A stretch of DNA of 64,000 bases, taken from contig CAXXUO010000001.1 in the NCBI GenBank assembly GCA_963666485.2, positions 576,001-640,000 on the forward strand, written 5' to 3'. The position numbers and the translations under genes are program-made. Of the stretch, positions 58,763-64,000 are shown piece by piece; position 1 is the stretch's first letter; every line of letters starts with the position of its first letter. This stretch comes from Syntrophorhabdaceae bacterium. GTDB lineage: Bacteria > Desulfobacterota > Syntrophorhabdia > Syntrophorhabdales > Syntrophorhabdaceae. The notes under the pieces are model-generated. The model was not told where the DNA came from, searched no databases, and worked only from the letters and a program-made list of their open reading frames with translations.

Positions 58763-59068
58763 CTAGGATTTGATCTCCACATCGACGCCGGCTGCCAGTT
58801 CGAGCTTCATAAGGGCATCAACCGTCTGCTGGGTAGGATCAACGATGTCCATCAACCGTTTGTGTGTACGGATCTCAAACTGTTCCCGTGATTTTTTATC
58901 GATGTGCGGCGATCTCAAGACTGTGAATTTTTGTATTCTCGTGGGGAGCGGAACAGGCCCGATGACCTGCGCCCCTGTCTTTTTGGCTGCATCGACGATC
59001 TCTTTGACAGACTGATCGAGCAGTCTGTGATCAAATGCTTTCAGGCATATCCTGATTCTCTGCCGCAT
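58763..59068 (-). CDS. rpsJ: 30S ribosomal protein S10
   Basis: [31 protein letters not shown]. Confidence 0.98.
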   Translation of the reverse strand: MRQRIRICLKAFDHRLLDQSVKEIVDAAKKTGAQVIGPVPLPTRIQKFTVLRSPHIDKKSREQFEIRTHKRLMDIVDPTQQTVDALMKLELAAGVDVEIKS

Positions 59069-59080
59069 TGTAATTCCCCT

Positions 59081-60280
59081 TTATTCGATTATCTCGGTGA
59101 CGACGCCGGCACCGACCGTCTTGCCGCCCTCGCGGATGGCAAACCTCAGCTCCTTCTCGAGCGCGATGGGTGTGACGAGCTCAACGGAGAGCGTCACGTT
59201 GTCGCCGGGCATGACCATCTCGACGCCGTCGGGGAGCTTCGCCACGCCGGTGACGTCCGTTGTCCGCAGGTAGAACTGGGGACGGTAGCCGGAGAAGAAC
59301 GGCGTGTGGCGGCCGCCCTCTTCCTTCGTCAGGATGTAGACCTCGCCCTTGAACTTCGTGTGGGGCGTGATGGAGCCGGGCTTCGCGACGACCTGGCCGC
59401 GCTCGACCTCGTCCTTCTTCGTGCCACGGAGCAGCAGGCCGACGTTGTCGCCCGCCATACCGGAGTCGAGGATCTTTCTGAACATCTCGACGGAGGTGGT
59501 GACGGTCTTCTGGGTGGGACGGAAGCCGATGATCTCGACCTCGTCGCCGGGCTTCACGACGCCCCTCTCTATCCTTCCCGTTACGACCGTGCCGCGGCCG
59601 GAGATCGTGAAGACGTCCTCGACGGGCATGAGGAAGGGCTTGTCCGTGTCGCGGGCGGGCTCGGGTATATAGGAGTCGACCGCATCGAGGAGCTCGTAGA
59701 TGCTCTTGCAGTCAGGGCAGTTCGGGTCCCCGCAGCCGTGCTCCAAGGCCTTTAAGGCCGATCCCTTGATGATGGGGATGTCGTCGCCGGGGAACTCGTA
59801 CTGGGTTAAGAGCTCACGGAGCTCCATCTCGACGAGCTCGATGAGCTCGGGGTCGTCGACCATGTCCGTCTTGTTGAGGTAGACGACCATGGAGGGCACG
59901 CCGACCTGGCGGGCAAGGAGTATGTGCTCACGGGTCTGGGGCATGGGGCCGTCGTTGGCTCCCACGACCAGGATAGCGCCGTCCATCTGGGCGGCACCCG
60001 TGATCATGTTCTTGATATAGTCGGCATGGCCCGGGCAGTCCACGTGCGCGTAGTGGCGGTTGGCCGTCTCGTACTCGACGTGGGCGGTGGCGATCGTGAT
60101 GCCCCTTTCCTTCTCCTCGGGCGCCTTGTCGATCTGGTCGAACGGGATCCACTCGGCCTGGCCCTTGTTCGCGAGGCAGCGGGTGATGGCGCTCGTCAGG
60201 GTGGTCTTCCCGTGATCTATATGGCCGATGGTTCCTATGTTGACATGTGGTTTCGTCCGTTCAAACTTTTTCTTACCCAT
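59081..60280 (-). CDS. tuf: Elongation factor Tu
   Basis: [42 protein letters not shown]. Confidence 0.99.
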   Translation of the reverse strand: MGKKKFERTKPHVNIGTIGHIDHGKTTLTSAITRCLANKGQAEWIPFDQIDKAPEEKERGITIATAHVEYETANRHYAHVDCPGHADYIKNMITGAAQMDGAILVVGANDGPMPQTREHILLARQVGVPSMVVYLNKTDMVDDPELIELVEMELRELLTQYEFPGDDIPIIKGSALKALEHGCGDPNCPDCKSIYELLDAVDSYIPEPARDTDKPFLMPVEDVFTISGRGTVVTGRIERGVVKPGDEVEIIGFRPTQKTVTTSVEMFRKILDSGMAGDNVGLLLRGTKKDEVERGQVVAKPGSITPHTKFKGEVYILTKEEGGRHTPFFSGYRPQFYLRTTDVTGVAKLPDGVEMVMPGDNVTLSVELVTPIALEKELRFAIREGGKTVGAGVVTEIIE

Positions 60281-62351
60281 ACTGGACCTCCGTTGCAAAT
60301 TTATCTTTTCTTTTTAAATTCTCTAATATGTTCGAGGGCACGGGGTGGTAATGGAAAAATTCCATACTTGAATACCCGCGTCCCTGAGTCAGCGAGCGAA
60401 GCTGCGTGGTGTAGCCGAACATCTCGTCGAGCGGGATGTGTGCGAGGATGTGCTTGAAACCGTTCCTTTCATCGACCTCGAGGACCCTTCCCCTCCGGGA
60501 CGTGGCATCACCGATCACGGCACCCATCGCCTCCTGGGGTGAATGGATGTCAACCTTCATGATAGGTTCGAGGACGACAGGGTTCGCCCGGTGGACGGCC
60601 TCTTTCACCGCGATGGAACCGGCCATCTTGAATGCGAGTTCCGAAGAATCGACATCGTGGTATGACCCGTCTACAAGCTCGACCTTTACGTTGATCAGGG
60701 GATAACCGAGGTAGATGCCTTTTTCGAGGGCTTCCCGGATCCCTGTTTCGACGCTGCTGATATATTCCCTCGGGATTGCGCCGCCGATGATCTTGTTCTC
60801 AAAGATGAAATCGGCGCCGTCATGGGGTTCGATATTAATGACAACGTGGCCGTACTGACCGCGGCCGCCGGACTGCTTGATATATTTGCCGACCGAAGAT
60901 GCATGCCTCGTTATCGTTTCGCGATAGGCGACCTGCGGCGGCGATGTGACCATGTCGAGGTTGTGCTCCCTCTTCGCGCGGTCCATGATGATCTCCAAAT
61001 GGAGCTCGCCCATTCCGGACAATATGACCTCGCCCGTTTCGCTATCGAGCTTGACGGTCAAGGAGGGATCTTCGACAGTATACTTATTGAAGACGAGCCA
61101 CATTTTTTTCAGGTCGTCTTTCTTTTTCGGTGTTATGGCGCACGATAGAACAGGTGTCGGGATCTCGATGGTCTCGAAGACAACGTCGTGGCCCGCGGAT
61201 GAAAGGGTATCGCCTGTAACGGCGCCCTTCAAACCGACGATCGCGCAGATGTCGCCTGCCCTGACCTTTTTCACATCTTCACGTTTATTCGCGTGCAGGC
61301 GGATTATCCTGCCAACCCTTTCGGTTTTGTCCCGTGACGTATTGGTGACGACGTCGCCTGCATTGATCTCGCCCGAGTAAACGCGCACGTAGCTTAAGTG
61401 GCCGACGAAAGGATCGGTCATTATCTTGAATACCAGCGCGCTCATGGGTTCGTCGGCAGTGCCGTTGAGGCTGAGCTCTTCGCCGCCGCTCGTCCAGCAC
61501 TGGTACGGGGATACATCATCCGGCGAGGGCAGGTAATCCACGATCGCATCGAGAAGCGGCTGGATGCCTTTATTCTTGAATGCGCTCCCGCACAGGACCG
61601 GAAGGATTGTCCCCTCCAGCGTGCCTTTCCTGATGATCGCCTCTATTTCCATCCTGGTTATTTCTTCGCCGTCGAGATACTTTGCCATAAGCTCATCGTC
61701 GATCTCGGACAGCGTTTCGAACATGGCTACCCTGAGCTCTTCAACCCGGGCTTTATATTCTTCGGGGACCTCTTCATCCGCGCAGTCAAGGCCGAGATGG
61801 TCCTTATCGTACCTGTTCATTGTCTGTTTAATGATATCGACGACGCCGATAAACTCGTCGCCGTTCTTGACCGGTATCTGGAGCGCGAGCGGATTTGCCT
61901 TGAGGATGTCCCGCATCATCGCGGTGCATTTATCGAAGTCAGCGCCCGGCCGGTCCATCTTATTGATGAAGCCTATGCGGGGGACGCCGTACCGGTCCGC
62001 CTGGCGCCAGACCGTTTCGGACTGGGGCTCGACGCCTTCAACGCCCGAGAAGAGCGCGACAGCGCCGTCGAGGACGCGCAGGGACCTGCCGACCTCGATC
62101 GTGAAATCTATGTGGCCCGGGGTATCGATGATATTGATGCGGTGGTCGCGCCAGAAGCATGTCGTAGCGGCGGATGTTATCGTGATCCCCCGCTCCTTTT
62201 CCTGCTCCATCCAATCCATCGTTGCCGCGCCGTCATCAACTTCGCCTATCCTGTTGTTGACGCCTGTATAAAAGAGGATCCTTTCCGTTGCAGTCGTCTT
62301 CCCTGCATCGATATGCGCCATGATCCCCACATTTCGTACTCGATTGTTCAT
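60273..62351 (-). CDS. fusA: Elongation factor G (divergent str-operon copy)
   Basis: [49 protein letters not shown]. Confidence 0.96.
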   Translation of the reverse strand: MNNRVRNVGIMAHIDAGKTTATERILFYTGVNNRIGEVDDGAATMDWMEQEKERGITITSAATTCFWRDHRINIIDTPGHIDFTIEVGRSLRVLDGAVALFSGVEGVEPQSETVWRQADRYGVPRIGFINKMDRPGADFDKCTAMMRDILKANPLALQIPVKNGDEFIGVVDIIKQTMNRYDKDHLGLDCADEEVPEEYKARVEELRVAMFETLSEIDDELMAKYLDGEEITRMEIEAIIRKGTLEGTILPVLCGSAFKNKGIQPLLDAIVDYLPSPDDVSPYQCWTSGGEELSLNGTADEPMSALVFKIMTDPFVGHLSYVRVYSGEINAGDVVTNTSRDKTERVGRIIRLHANKREDVKKVRAGDICAIVGLKGAVTGDTLSSAGHDVVFETIEIPTPVLSCAITPKKKDDLKKMWLVFNKYTVEDPSLTVKLDSETGEVILSGMGELHLEIIMDRAKREHNLDMVTSPPQVAYRETITRHASSVGKYIKQSGGRGQYGHVVINIEPHDGADFIFENKIIGGAIPREYISSVETGIREALEKGIYLGYPLINVKVELVDGSYHDVDSSELAFKMAGSIAVKEAVHRANPVVLEPIMKVDIHSPQEAMGAVIGDATSRRGRVLEVDERNGFKHILAHIPLDEMFGYTTQLRSLTQGRGYSSMEFFHYHPVPSNILENLKRKDKFATEVQYG

Positions 62352-62361
62352 TGTAAACCTG

Positions 62362-62832
62362 TTACCACCTGTAGTGGGCGAACGCCTTGTTGGCCTCGGC
62401 CATCTTGTGCGTATCTTCCCTCTTCTTGACCGCGCTTCCCTTGTTGTTGTAAGCGTCGATCAATTCGCCCGCCAGCCTCTCCATCATCGTCTTTTCAGAA
62501 CGCGCCCGCGAATAGCGGATAAGCCACCGAATGCCGAGGGAAAGTTTTCTGTTGAGCCTGACTTCTACAGGTACCTGGTAGGTAGCCCCGCCGACACGTC
62601 TCGCCTTGACTTCGATCTCCGGCTTGATGTTGTCGAGGGCCTTGTGGAAAACCTTGAGACCTTCTTCTTTGACTCTTTCCTGAATGAGATCTATCGCTCC
62701 GTACACGATACCGGACGCTATGCTCTTCTTGCCGTCGAGCATGACACAATTGATGAGTCTCTGCACCATCATGTCGTTATACTTCGGATCGGCCGTTTTT
62801 TCCCTTTTGGATATGTGTCCTTTGCGTGGCAT
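62362..62832 (-). CDS. rpsG: 30S ribosomal protein S7
   Basis: [31 protein letters not shown]. Confidence 0.98.
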   Translation of the reverse strand: MPRKGHISKREKTADPKYNDMMVQRLINCVMLDGKKSIASGIVYGAIDLIQERVKEEGLKVFHKALDNIKPEIEVKARRVGGATYQVPVEVRLNRKLSLGIRWLIRYSRARSEKTMMERLAGELIDAYNNKGSAVKKREDTHKMAEANKAFAHYRW

Positions 62833-62851
62833 TTCTTATGCTCCCTCACTC

Positions 62852-63226
62852 TTACTGTTTCGGTTTCTTTGCCCCATACTTGGACCGGCTCTTCTTCCTG
62901 TTCGCAACGCCGCTGGCGTCGAGAGAGCCCCTGATGATGTGATACCTGACGCCCGGTAAGTCTTTGACCCTGCCGCCCCTGATCAGGACAACAGAGTGTT
63001 CCTGCAGGTTGTGGCCGATACCGGGAATGTATGTCGTCACTTCGACACTGTTCGTGAGCCTGACACGGGCAACCTTCCGTAATGCCGAGTTAGGTTTTTT
63101 CGGTGTCGTCGTATAGACCCTTACGCAAACTCCGCGCTTCTGCGGGCAGTTTGTCAAGGCGGGAGACGAGCTCTTCTTTTTGACGGCTTCTCTCCCAAGC
63201 CTCACTAATTGGTTAATAGTAGGCAT
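62852..63226 (-). CDS. rpsL: 30S ribosomal protein S12
   Basis: [34 protein letters not shown]. Confidence 0.99.
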   Translation of the reverse strand: MPTINQLVRLGREAVKKKSSSPALTNCPQKRGVCVRVYTTTPKKPNSALRKVARVRLTNSVEVTTYIPGIGHNLQEHSVVLIRGGRVKDLPGVRYHIIRGSLDASGVANRKKSRSKYGAKKPKQ

Positions 63227-63296
63227 TAATCCCTCCAAAAAAATAATCCCTCAGCATCAAGGGACATAGGTCATCACTTGCGCAAAAACGTTTGCT

Positions 63297-63326
63297 ATAT
63301 TAGCCGATTACTTCTTTTAATGTCAA
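63297..63326 (-). promoter_or_regulatory. Candidate sigma-70 promoter of the ribosomal superoperon
   Basis: Minus strand TTGACA-N18-TAATAT, about 70 nt upstream of rpsL, with an A-rich upstream tract. Confidence 0.55.
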
Positions 63327-63577
63327 GACTTTTTTGGCGCGGCCAAAGGAAAAAAGAGTGTTTTCCCGGCATCGTGCGGCTTCAAAAAATCGCAAAAAAT
63401 AGCTTTTGAAGGGTTTCCTTGGATCTAAATATTTGCAAGTATTGGATATTATAGTATAAAAAGTTAAAATATTTTTTTTCACAACTGCGGGACCAGGGCG
63501 GGCGGGGATATGACCGTGTCGATGGTTACGAGGCGCCCCGGTCAGGGTGTCGGGCGTCTGTGGCCGCGAAGCCCCTG

Positions 63578-64000
63578 TTATTGCTTGCTTATCAGAAGAT
63601 ATTCGTATTCGTAGATGTCGCCGATGAACTGGCAGATGATCTCCTCGGAATCACTGTAGAGGCCGCGCGACTGAAGGACCGCCTTTACGTAATCATTGAT
63701 ATCGGGAACGATGAAATCGGCAAACGGGCCGCGTTTTACCTGAAAGCCATGGTGGCGCGCTATCGCCTCCAGACAGGAGAATTTAATTGTATATTCGTCG
63801 TGCCCCTTCAGGCGGATCCTTCGCGGGTCACCGGTGGCCGATGCCGCAAAATACGGCTTTATATCAGGAGGCATACGCCATTCGCAGCTGTGCTCCCCGA
63901 TAAAGATATTCGACACCCCCGCCCCGCAGACCTTCTCGAGCATCCGCATCGCACCGATATTCAGGTTGAAGGCCGTGGACGGCCTGTCGAGGCCATACAC
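63578..64000 (-). CDS. 3' part of a hypothetical protein (5' end outside the window)
   Basis: Frame is open to the window edge with a stop at 63578; not RpoC-like; no motif recognised. Confidence 0.6.
   Translation of the reverse strand: MYGLDRPSTAFNLNIGAMRMLEKVCGAGVSNIFIGEHSCEWRMPPDIKPYFAASATGDPRRIRLKGHDEYTIKFSCLEAIARHHGFQVKRGPFADFIVPDINDYVKAVLQSRGLYSDSEEIICQFIGDIYEYEYLLISKQ

Noticed and set aside
58565..59015. rplC hidden in another frame or on the opposite strand near rpsJ/rplD
   Set aside because: Overlapping ORFs here are antisense shadows without L3 motifs, and only 10 nt separate rpsJ and rplD
61398..62429. 343-aa + strand ORF opposite fusA (similar ORFs lie opposite tuf and secY)
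   Set aside because: Typical antisense ORFs of conserved, codon-biased genes; no independent motif or RBS support

Overview
Bacterial chromosome segment, moderately GC-rich. Gene content and protein style suggest an anaerobic deltaproteobacterium (Desulfobacterota, possibly Syntrophorhabdus-like); this is inference only. (i) 0.6-14.3 kb: one co-oriented respiratory operon interleaving Alternative Complex III genes (actB-C-D-F-A ... actE) with a rearranged cbb3-type oxidase: ccoN, a di-heme ccoO, ccoS, a heme-less CcoP membrane anchor, ccoI and a DsbD/TauE-like assembly gene. (ii) 14.5-32 kb: accessory and metabolic genes. These include a secreted Cys-peptidase-like protein, DUF488, a GluR0-like ligand-gated channel lacking the TVGYG K+ filter, cydAB, yedE-yedF, a TPR protein, the MoxR-DUF58-transglutaminase triad, fabI, a split ADP-forming acyl-CoA synthetase, a zinc-ribbon cluster and a cNMP-binding protein. 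(iii) 32.4-40.6 kb: housekeeping genes (cmk-ispH-rpsA-Trm112-lpxL, kdkA-like flanked by REP-like palindrome doublets, MBL hydrolase, glnS). (iv) 40.6-45.3 kb: hypothetical genes and a receiver-domain remnant next to tRNA-Gln(CTG). (v) 45.4-63.2 kb: the str-S10-spc-alpha ribosomal superoperon on the minus strand. It lacks rplC (rpsJ abuts rplD) and adk, and carries a divergent EF-G. No CRISPR array, rRNA, integrase or transposase was seen.
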